The notes beneath the pieces were generated by a model, which worked only from the letters and a program-made list of their open reading frames with translations, was not told where the DNA came from and did not search any database. DNA of 63,058 bases, the filler included, from Octopus bimaculoides (taxonomy: Eukaryota): the NCBI RefSeq assembly GCF_001194135.2. It is 6 parts of 6 records of this genome, joined end to end, with 100 filler letters (N's around TTAATTAATTAA, not from the genome) between each part and the next. Parts side by side here need not be neighbours in the genome. Positions count along the whole stretch, not along the records: positions 1 to 31,863 come from NC_068984.1; 5 more parts are not named here. The stretch is one strand, 5' to 3'. The position numbers were made by a program, and so were the translations under genes. Within the stretch, counting starts at the first letter, position 1. Each line of letters opens with the position of its first letter. Positions 14,285-24,310 of the stretch are shown one piece after another.

Positions 14285-14417
14285 AGGTACCAGGACTATA
14301 ATTTGGAGGGTGGGGGTCAGTCAATTAGATCGACCCCAGTACACAACTGGTACTTAATTTACCGATCCCAAAAGGATGAAAAGCAAAGTCGACCTCGGCG
14401 GAATTTGAACTCAGAAG
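14285..14417 (-). mobile_element. SINE family 1, 5'-truncated copy
   Basis: gatcgaccccagtacacaactggtacttaattt...aaaggatgaaaagcaaagtcgacctcggcggaatttgaactcagaa. Confidence 0.85.
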
Positions 14418-17319
14418 TTAACTGATAAAATATGTTGCATTATATTTGTAACTACAAGCAAGATCACGGAAAAATATAGAATATTTGGGAACGCTTTCCT
14501 CGTCGGAAAACTGTTACCAAAATATATTTACCATTGGGACCAATTCTGACAAATCAATAACCTTCTGTGGCTGCTTTCAAAATATCTTAATGAAAAATAT
14601 ATATATATATATAATTTATTCAGAAATATTTTCTTTCCTTCAAAGAAGTCCTCAATTATTAGTATTTGGAATAACTATTGTCTGCTAAGCCTTAGGCACG
14701 TGGAATTTTGTATCAAATATTGATGGATGTTTACCATTATTACATATTTTCGTTTTCAAATATGTATTCGTAAAGATTTCTGAAATACATTAGGATACAA
14801 TTTCAGTTGTCAACCTCATAACAAAGAATTGATGGCTATATGGAAATGTTATTGAGAGAATGTAAGTTGCATATAGGTATAAAGAAGTTATAGTATGATA
14901 TTAATAATAATTTTTTCCACCAGTTTTGTACTCTACTCTTTTTCTAATATTGAGTTCGTACTCCCGTGATAACCTACTAAATATATAAAGTATATACAAC
15001 GATCATAATTTACTACCATTTTAAATTAAAATGATAGGGTAACTACACTAGGTTACATAAACTCAACTATTGGCAAGAAATTCCCTTGACCACAAACACA
15101 GTAGAGTACCGTAATTATTTTATGAATGGTGGTGTTGCGTACAACTCCAATGATTTTAATTATAAAATGGTAAGTTATGCATTTCAGAATAACAAAAAAA
15201 TTGAAGCATGCAATTTACAACCTCAATAATTGAAATAGTTGATAATTTAGAATGAACAGTAGTTCTTCCAACAACTGTAATATTGAAATATAATAGCTTG
15301 TTTTATAATAAACTTACATAAATATTACTTTAAAAAATTGCACTAATGCTAGATGGAAATGAAGGACGTAAGTGAAAATGCCATCCAATACACACGCACA
15401 TTGTTGATAAATGTTGCCGCCAAAATAAGCATTTAAAATCACCATTCATGATAAACTTTGCATCAGAAAACCCATGTTGTTCACATGCCTAAAATATGAA
15501 TGTAACATACAGAAAACGATAATATATTCACTGCGTGAAATCATTCTTTGGACCTGCGTAACTTTATTAGTGTCAGAATGAGAGATGTGTAAGATGTTGA
15601 ATGCTTTTCTGCTGCTGTAAACTGAAGTAATTAATCTGAATTCTTTTGAGCTAGTGCTCTTTCTCATATTTCTCATAAATTATGGAACTCTTTGCGTATG
15701 TGACACAAAATAAAAGCCATTACCAATCAAAACCTACACTAGAAGAATTCTTTTTAATATGACCATGAATATAGCCTTTAATAATTGCCTACTTCAAGAT
15801 AATTCTATCAGATGCATCCAATCGAGCTCTCTCAGTTAACTTTCATAGATTTCAGTCCTAAATGTATATCACTTCTAAATTATCTAGTTTTGTACCATTA
15901 TAATACAATGCCCTCTTCCTTTGCTTTTGCTATTAACATTACTTAACTAAGTAAAAATACTAGTGGCCAGTGCAATTAGTTGGTTAAAAGCTTTCAATTA
16001 TAGTTATATCTTTTCGGAAGTATAATAATTGATTTTTGCAGCAAAACAATGATTTTTGTTTTAGTTAACTGAAATGTTGATGCTGCCAATCGAAAATCTA
16101 AATTTTACAAGTTACAGATATTTATTTCTAAATGCTTATCCTTATTATTCAAATTTGTACAAAAGCTGAATTGAAATATATTTCAGTTTTCCAATCTATA
16201 TGTTTAGAATATTTTTCTGTACTTAAGTTTAGTTCACTGATATCTAGAGTGAAAAATAATTTTCTGCATATATTTAAAGTGCAATATATAATTCAATAAT
16301 ATTTAAATTGAATAACAAATTCAAATGAATGCAATGCTTTTGAGAACTATAGCATATTTTATTTCGTCTTCATACGATTTTTAAATTGTATAAAATTGTA
16401 GTCAAAAAGGGACACAACACAGCAAACAGCATAGAAAACATTACAAAATACGGAAAGCGAAATAATTCGGAAGTTTGGAAATTTAAAGTTCTATATTGTA
16501 CAATATATTTCGAAAGAATAAATACACATGTCAAATCATGCATATGTAATTAAATTAGAAAAGAACTTAAGTTATGATAATTTTATTACATGATTGGAAG
16601 AGAGTAATCAAATAATGAAATCGGTAAAAGTTTAACTCATCAGTCCCTTATTTCTAAGAAAAATTATGCATGTCACATGATCCCCATATCTTTCCATTCA
16701 CCAATCTTTAACTTTCACTCTCCAATTCTGTCGCTCATTCATATACACTCTCTTTCTTTCTCTCTCTTCCTCTCTCCTGCGCATCTCTCTTTCTCTCTTC
16801 CTGTCTCTCTCCCCTCTCGCTCTCTCTCCCTCTAGAATGATGAATATTAGAACATAAAATTCAACGCACAAACCCAATTTCACGCATAATCACACACTGA
16901 AATACACATAAAACATGCAATAACACCGGCGTGCTATTAAATCACCTACGCTAATAGAAATACATTATTCTATAAGAAACTGAGGAGATGCATTTTGATT
17001 ATCTGAGATTATTAAGCAATTAGTGCAAGAAAATTTCTAATCACGGTCATATACAATAGAAAATGTCAGGTTGAACACATTCAGAGGAAATAGTTTAGAA
17101 AACAGTAACAGCTAGAATGCAAAAAGCATTAGATATAATCATATAAATTTGAGTGCTTTTCATGCTCAATGCACCTATATGAGAGAATCTCTCACGACAA
17201 ACAACGCAGCATTCGGTGTACTAACACAGTATCCGCGATATGTTGGATGGAAAGATTAATTTTGGAATTAATTTCTGCTTCAGTTGCTACTATGATATAT
17301 ACATATTCTTTATTTTTTG

Positions 17320-17466
17320 TCCATGAATCTTTCTGTGTTCCTTTCAGTGGAAGAGTGTAGGCTCGAAACGTTAAAGATATTTTCACTTCCCGAGCGTTAA
17401 ACTAATACATCCGGTTGTTGTCTACACCACTTGTCTTCGTTTTTTGTATTTTTTGTGAATTCTCCC

Positions 17467-17470
<4 letters not shown>
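17320..17470 (+). mobile_element. Dispersed repeat with decayed hammerhead-like motif (Penelope pLTR-like), family H1
   Basis: Homologous to the reverse complement of 36960-37135 (gctcgaaacgttaaaga...cccgagcgt.a.actaatacatcc..ttgttgt.tacaccac.tgtc.tcgt). Confidence 0.65.
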
Positions 17471-17533
<63 letters not shown>

Positions 17534-17729
17534 ACATACGAATATACGCACATATACACACATGTATATGCACGTATGAACACGACCAGTTTAAATTGTC
17601 CGCCTAAACTCCTCGTGAGATATATGCTCAAAATACCACCGCAGTAAATATAATGACGAAGTAAATATATAAATTCATATAAATAAGGATAACATCGTTA
17701 TTTAAAATACCGATCATATATATATATTT

Positions 17730-17945
17730 GTATTTATGTATTATTTTGTGTGTATTCCACTGATGAGGCAAAGCATTTCTTATGCAAAGCCAGAAATCCG
17801 GTATCTGGTATTATCCAATATTTTTTTGCTAGTTTATTTTGTCTCTTTGTCTTCTCTCCTGGTGCTGTATGAACATATAAGAGTCACGTTTTGGCTGCTA
17901 TATCTAGCATAGTGGTATCTTTTAGATACCCTTAATTATAATTAT
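17730..17945 (+). mobile_element. Repeat with hammerhead-like motif, family H2 (Penelope pLTR-like); extent approximate
   Basis: 17754-17811: ATTCCA-CTGATGA-GGC...GCC-A-GAAA-TCCGGTATC-TGGTAT. Confidence 0.45.
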
Positions 17946-17949
17946 AATT

Positions 17950-18003
<54 letters not shown>

Positions 18004-18029
18004 CACATATAACAAATTAAATGGGTGGC

Positions 18030-18440
18030 TTAGTAGCAATTAGAATGTAAATGCAAAATTAACAAAGGTCAGAAAAGTGACAGATAGTACTGACTAGAAA
18101 CAGCTTTTGAGAAAAATAAGAATTAAAACAACTCCAAAGTCGTAAATGCACTGATTTTAATCACTGAAAAGGGGAGGTAAGTTTCCAGTGTACATAGTCG
18201 AATATTTCGGATTCTGATGAAGACCATTTTAATCCTCATCAGTGACTCTCAACGCTTAAGGTTAAACTCAAATACCTCTTTATTGTTTTATACGAAAAAC
18301 CGTTGAAAACATGTGAGGATTTTCAAAACGATAAAGTTTTAAACAACAATAAAAGTTAAGCAACAAATTAAATTCTAATTTGTTGTATATACTTTTACAG
18401 TGTTTCTTACAAGACTGACAGAGATAGTTGAGTTTAACCC
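18030..18440 (-). mobile_element. Repeat with hammerhead-like motif, family H3; extent approximate
   Basis: Minus 18247->18196: AGTCA-CTGATGA-GGATT-(17 nt)-AATCC-GAAA-TATT-CGACT. Confidence 0.5.
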
Positions 18441-18949
18441 TTGATGTTAGGAATCACTCATGAGGATAAGATGGTCTACATCAAAATTCAAAATTGCTAT
18501 CCGACTATGTACGCTGTGGACATACATTCCTTTGCTAATCATTACGTTCAATGCTTTTGTAGCTTTGGAGTTGTTTTAACCCTTATGTTTAGCAAAAGTG
18601 ATGCTAGTCAGTACCATCTGTCACTTTTGCGACCTCTATTAATTTGGCCTTTAGGAAACATCTGTAACCTGTGGTTTACCTATTCCACTCCTTCAATTTG
18701 GATACATAAGTCATAACTATTGCATAAAAACCATCGCGCAATCATACTTTCGTATGTACTGAAACTTATAGCTTTTCAAGTGTATTTTCAATCGCGTGCC
18801 TAGAAGTAACACTGTGAAACACTCCATAGCTCAAACAAAGAATATTCATATGAATTTTCACGATCACATTGCAAAAATGTATAAGCGGAAGTCTACAATT
18901 ATATGAATGAGATCGCATTCTTTCAAGAAATGTCTTATTAAAATATACA

Positions 18950-19082
18950 AAGGCACAGGGGTGGATGTGTTGTAAGAAGTTTGCTTCCAAGCCACCCAGT
19001 TCCGGATTCAGTCCCTTCTACTAGGGACGGCCAAAATCTTGTCCGTAGATTTAGTAGGTAGAAACAGAAAGAAGCCTCTCAA
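18950..19082 (+). mobile_element. SINE family 2-related degenerate head and core
   Basis: ggcacaggggtggatgtgttgtaagaagtttgcttcc...gttccggattcagtccc...gaaacagaaagaagcc aligns, with an internal deletion, to the reverse complement of 19975-20134. Confidence 0.7.
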
Positions 19083-19101
19083 GTGTGTCTGTGTTTGTAT
19101 G

Positions 19102-19156
<55 letters not shown>

Positions 19157-19222
19157 GCATACATACATGCATACATACATACATACATACATACATACAT
19201 ACATACATACATACATACATAC

Positions 19223-20458
19223 CAGGCACGTGACGTCAGTAATTACTCAGGTTAGGCAGTTGGTAACTTTTATGTTGTAAAACACAAAAAAGTAAGCGAA
19301 ATACAGGTGCGCAACTGAGTTGAAGGCAAATTTACTCCTACCTTTATAGCCTGTAGAGAAAATGTTGTTGTAGGTGTGTACGCAGCACGTGTACTATACC
19401 ATTACTATGCGTATTTTAAATACTAAGATTGAAAGGCAGGGGCGAATTATGCCTACCTAGTCAACAAAAATATTTAGATTTAGATTCAAAATTGAATATG
19501 GTACTTATGTTTAGGCACCAGAATATAGTATGGTATTATCCAAAAACCATTCTAAAAGCAAGGTGATCAAAAAATCAAAATAAGCAACACGGATTTCAAA
19601 GATGATTGCAGTACGCACGTTTCATGCTACTCCATTTATTTAAGTAATGCGAGCATTGGCTGTGTCAAGATGGATTTTTATGTATTCTTCTTCCCACTTG
19701 GATTTTAAATGTTGCCACAAATATAATATACTCTTTACTCTTACTCTTTTACTTGTTTCAGTCTTTTGACTGTGGCCATGCTGGAGCACCGCGTTTAGTC
19801 GCGTAAATCGACCCTAGGACTTATTCTTTGGAAGCCTAGTACTTATTCTATCGGTCTCTTTTGCCGAACCGCTATGTTACGGGGACATAAACACACCAGC
19901 ATCGGTTGTCAAGCGATGTTGGGGGACAAACACAGACATACAAACACATACACACATACATATATATACATATATACGACAGGCTTCTTTCAGTTTCCGT
20001 CTACGAAATCCACTCACAAGGCTTTGGTCGGCCCGAGGCTATAGTAGAAGACACTTGCCCAAGATGCCACGCAGTGGGACTGAACCCGGGACCATGTGGT
20101 TGGTAAGCAAGCTACTTACCACACAGCCACTCCTATTCTACTGTAATTTTCTACATTTTTGTGCAGCTGAAGATTGCTCTACATATTGCATTTAAGGTAA
20201 TGCTCGCATTACTTAAATAAATGGAGTAGCATGAAACGTGCGTACTGCAATCATCTTTAAATTCCGTGTTGCTTACTTTGATTTTTAGTCAACAAAAATA
20301 TATATTTTTTGTATTTTATGCAGAGTAATCAGAGTAGCCTTCATTATTTTATTGAATTAGGTGCATATTTTGCCATAAAAGGAAAATGCTGTTATCGATC
20401 TGTTATATTCAAGGTAGTAGGAACTGCCTACCTTGCCTACATAGATGGTGCATCCGTG
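19223..20458. mobile_element. Non-autonomous hAT (Tip100-like) DNA transposon with internal ~89-bp inverted repeats and a SINE inserted centrally
   Basis: The termini CAGGCACGTGACGTCAG...AGGTTAGGCAGT and (rc) CACGGATGCACCATC...AAGGTAGGCAGT share the aggtaggcagt subterminal motif. Flanking 8-mers atacatac (19215-19222) and atgcatac (19459-type position 20459-20466) match 7/8 as a TSD. Internal IRs at 19569-19657 and 20199-20286. Confidence 0.7.
19729..20134 (-). mobile_element. Full-length SINE family 2 (tRNA head, CORE-like segment, internal (TA/CA)n, (GAGTAA)-like tail)
   Basis: Sense strand: AGGAGTGGCTGTGTGGTAAG (A-box) ... GGGTTCAGTCCC (B-box) ... CATCTTGGGCAAGTGTCTT ... ends GTAAAAGAGTAAGAGTAAAGAGTA. 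Confidence 0.9.
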
Positions 20459-20471
20459 ATGCATACAAATA

Positions 20472-21544
20472 CAGGCTGCGATGAATAAATTGTCGTCTAC
20501 AATACGCAAAAATAAGAAAAACAATGACAACTCATTTTAACAGATATATTTACCAAAATTACGTAAAAAATATCTTGAAACACTAAAGAGTAAATTTATT
20601 CAATGAATTCACCATTTGCTTCAACCACGACCTCCAGACGACTTCGGAGTTTCCTGCAAATCTTATGAACGGTCTTCTTGTTTATGTTGGTGAATGCTGC
20701 CATAATCCTTGCCTTCAAGTCATCTCTGATGTTACAAGGACTTTTGTTGGTCTCACGCTCAACAGGGACCCACACATAATAATCAAGAGTTGCAGTCTGG
20801 GGAGTTAGATGTCCACATGTTAGGGTGATGCTGTCGCAGAAATTCTCTGACAGCGACGACTGGGTTCTCCTGCTCGCGTGGCATGGTGCAGAGTCTTGTT
20901 GCCAGACATAGGGTCTTCCAGCAGCCAACCTCTTGACCCGAGGCAGCACTACCACCTCCAGGCACTTCATGTCGGCTTCCGTGTTGAGTGTCAGCATGTT
21001 CGGTTGGAGGAGATGCATGAGTTTGTTCAAAGGCTTCGTAACGGGGAATTTGCTCTTGTCTTTGATGGCTTCGGATAACACAATTGCCCTTTCCCATCTT
21101 GAATGAGGAATACTGAATCTCTTCATGCACTACCTGCCTGATAAGAAGCTCAAACTCGCGTATCTCCTTGGCAATGAACCTGATTGACTAGGAGGCATCA
21201 TTGTCAATCATGGTCTGGATCACACCAACAAATTCAGGCGTTCTTTTCTTATCAGATCGATCAGAGTGAGTTTTCCAAGCTGCCGCACTCTTGTAATCAC
21301 CATTAGATTCATCCAACTCTTTATGAATCCTCTGCACTATCCTCAGATTGATACTCAAACACTGTGAAATGTTCGTACAGCATGTCGTTTCCAAATCTTT
21401 GGCCGAGTAAATTGCGTTATGGTGCTCACATACGTTGTCAAACTGCCCCTACTATACTGCGAAGTTAACCAAGTCAAAAACATACATCGCGCATGCACGA
21501 AATAAAAAAAGTATAAAATAGCGACAATTTACCCATCGCATGCT
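20472..21544 (-). mobile_element. DD37D (maT-type) transposon, internally deleted, both TIRs present; transposase pseudogene
   Basis: TIRs caggctgcgatgaataaattgtcg (after TA at 20470-71) and rc tagcatgcgatgggtaaattgtcg. ORF pieces include WQQDSAPCHASRRTQS.LSENFCD..PNMW..NSPDCN.LDYYVW, with D-37-D spacing after correcting compensating -1/-2 frameshifts. The segment carrying the first catalytic Asp is deleted at LQPNML|TLNTEA. Confidence 0.9.
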
Positions 21545-22124
21545 ACATATATATNNNNNNNNNNNNNNNNNNNNNNNNNNNNNNNNNNNNNNNNNNNNNN
21601 NNNNNNNNNNATATATATATATATATATATATATACTTTTTGTGAGTGTGCTTGTGTGTGTATGTGCTTTTCTGTGTGTGTGTCGTTATGTCAGTGTTTG
21701 TCCTTAATAACTGCTTGACAACCGGTGTTTTTTTGCGTACCCAGAATCTAGGCGTTCGGCAAAGGTGACCGACAAAGTAAGGGCCAAACCTACTGAAGTA
21801 CGGTCGTATTCTAATGGTAGAAGCAATTAAGCGATAAACGTTGAAAAATAGAAAATCGTAATTGCTTTTTTGTTATTGCTGAATCTATTTTCATGACTTA
21901 AATATCTCTGTTCTGGGCAGCATCCATTTAAGCCATACTTTCATCCATCTTTTTAATATCGCTACATTAACCATCTCATAAAGAATGAATATATCACAAC
22001 AACTGAACGAAATCAACACACATACACTTAGACTAAAATGAGGAAGTGATGAAATGCTTTGTGAAGCAAGATATCTATAGAGTAATACTAAGGACAAATT
22101 GCAAATAGATTATATACATATGTA

Positions 22125-22338
22125 CAGGGTGTTCACAAAGTCTGGGTACATGTGGATTAACACATAATTTAAGAAATTTTTATTTCTTATATTTAATTGT
22201 TTATGTTATGATTTTATTTACTCCATGTACTCGCATGGGGATTAACCTATACTTTAAGAAATTATTATTTTTTTATATTTAATTGTTTATGCTATGATGT
22301 TTATTTACTCCATGTACCTAGACTTTGTGGACAGCCTG
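22125..22338. mobile_element. 214-bp Tc1/mariner-type MITE with an internal tandem duplication
   Basis: 28-bp TIRs cagggtgttcacaaagtctgggtacatg and rc caggctgtccacaaagtctaggtacatg (25/28). TA on the left, CA on the right. Internal units start at 22156 and 22241. Confidence 0.85.
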
Positions 22339-24090
22339 CATATGAAAATATGTGAATTCGGGTGGCGTGTGTTTCAGTGTGTGTGTGTACATTATATTTC
22401 TTTATTTCACATTCCCCTCTTTACTTTTGACATTTCTTTTTCACCAGTTTTATTGTTGGCCGCACAAATAGTTCCTTTGGTTTCTAGTTTAGGAAATAAA
22501 ATCGAGCGAGTATAATTTTTCAAGACTTTGGGTATTCTCGGAAGAAGAACCTAGGGAAATGTTTAATGAGGAGTCTAGTCAACGTTTTAATATTGTGAAA
22601 GGAAAGGGGAGAGGAAATGAAGCATTTGCGCTTAAACGGACACGGTGCTTGAAATTTGTGTGAACAGAAACGGATAGTGCAGTAACGTGAATAGAATCAA
22701 GGTGATGAAACAATGCATACAGATGAATTTGTTGTTAAATTAAAACAATGATGAAGCTAGACTTGGCTTACATTTGTGTTTCACTTCAAGACAGACTGAC
22801 GTTAGAATGGCTTTCTGAGTAACTGATTGGAAATCATATACAGGAAATCCAGTTCTTTTACTCTTAAACATCTATGTTCAGTAATATTCATGCAGGTGTT
22901 TCTAAAACTGGCTATTAATAACTATAACTATCTTTTTTTGTATGTAAATCATTGTCATACAATAAGCCGGCTATACATGCATTAAAATGAGATGTAGTAA
23001 CGATTTTGCTAGCATATTTTTCTCGTGAAATGACATATCTTCTTTCAAAATGTAGGACTATCATAAAATTTGTGTAATAATATGTTTGCTGAAAGAAACA
23101 AGATGTTCAGTTAATACTTGAATTATTTTCTTACAGTAGATATAATTGAAAATATAAAATCTCTTTTACAAGTTACATATGAGTCAGAATTTATCAAATT
23201 TATTCGCATCAATATTACGCATGCTTATTTTCAAAGATTAAATACAGCAAATATCAATATGTTCAGAATAAAATTATCTAGAATGGTACATTTTGTATTG
23301 TCTTAACATATATCGTTCAATTTCACACTTGTTAAATCCGAAAATGTGTGTATTATATATATGTGTGCGGGCATGTGTGCCTCTGTGTGTGTGCGTGTGT
23401 ATATGTATGTGTATTGTATTTTCTTGAAAGAATATCGTAAATGTAATAATATATGTTCAAGCATTCGTTTCAAAATATTGTTTTATTTTAAATACAAAGC
23501 AATAAATGAACAAATAAATTTGTAATTAGAAAGCAATTTTGCAATGACATCTTTATGGTATTGATAAAATATTTTGTAGTTTGTTGTCTCCAGAAAATTA
23601 GTCTTCAGCAGAAATATATTCCGTTTTACATTACACATAAATTTAATATAATATCTAAATAGAAATGTTCTGCCTACACATATTCCTTACTTGAAAATTT
23701 TGATTTAAGCTTAGCATATCAATACATTTAATCTATATATATTATTATTGTTGAGTGTTTGCTTAATTCTTAGATTACATATATACGAAACATAAATCGT
23801 TGTGCTGCGATTTATTTATTTATAACACCTAACGTATGTTATTTAGTAAGCACTAAAATATTTATGGATATGAGCAAACTTTCGAATTGTAATTGATTCA
23901 TTGAAATCCAAATTTATTTTAACATAAGGCAAGGTTCAGCGACTATTTTTCTCATTAGTCTCAGATATGTTCACGTCAAATGCACTGGTTTAAGTGCTTG
24001 ATAATCAATCATATATAGATGCCATTTAACTTTACAATTATTAGTAGTACTATAACATGTATAAAATCTATAATATATTATATTTATTGG

Positions 24091-24310
24091 TAAGGTAGCG
24101 AGCTGGTTGAATCGTCAGCACCCCGGGCAAAAGCGCTTAGCAGTGTTCAGCCCGTCTTTAGATTCTCAGTTCATATTCCGCCGTTGTCGATATTGTCTTT
24201 CATCTGATTCGGGGTCAATAAAATGAATAGCAGCTGAGGACTGTTGATGCAATCGACTTACGGGCTACCTCGAAATTGCTTGCATTGTGCGAAAATGTGA
24301 AACCAATATA
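24091..24310 (+). mobile_element. SINE family 1, diverged full-length copy
   Basis: aaggtagcgagctggttgaatcgtcagcacccc...ttcggggtcaataaaatgaatagcag...aaattgcttgcattgtgc. Confidence 0.8.

Noticed and set aside
15096-15169. Possible plus-strand exon ending ATG|gtaagt
   Set aside because: Good donor only; no polypyrimidine acceptor and no recognisable peptide.
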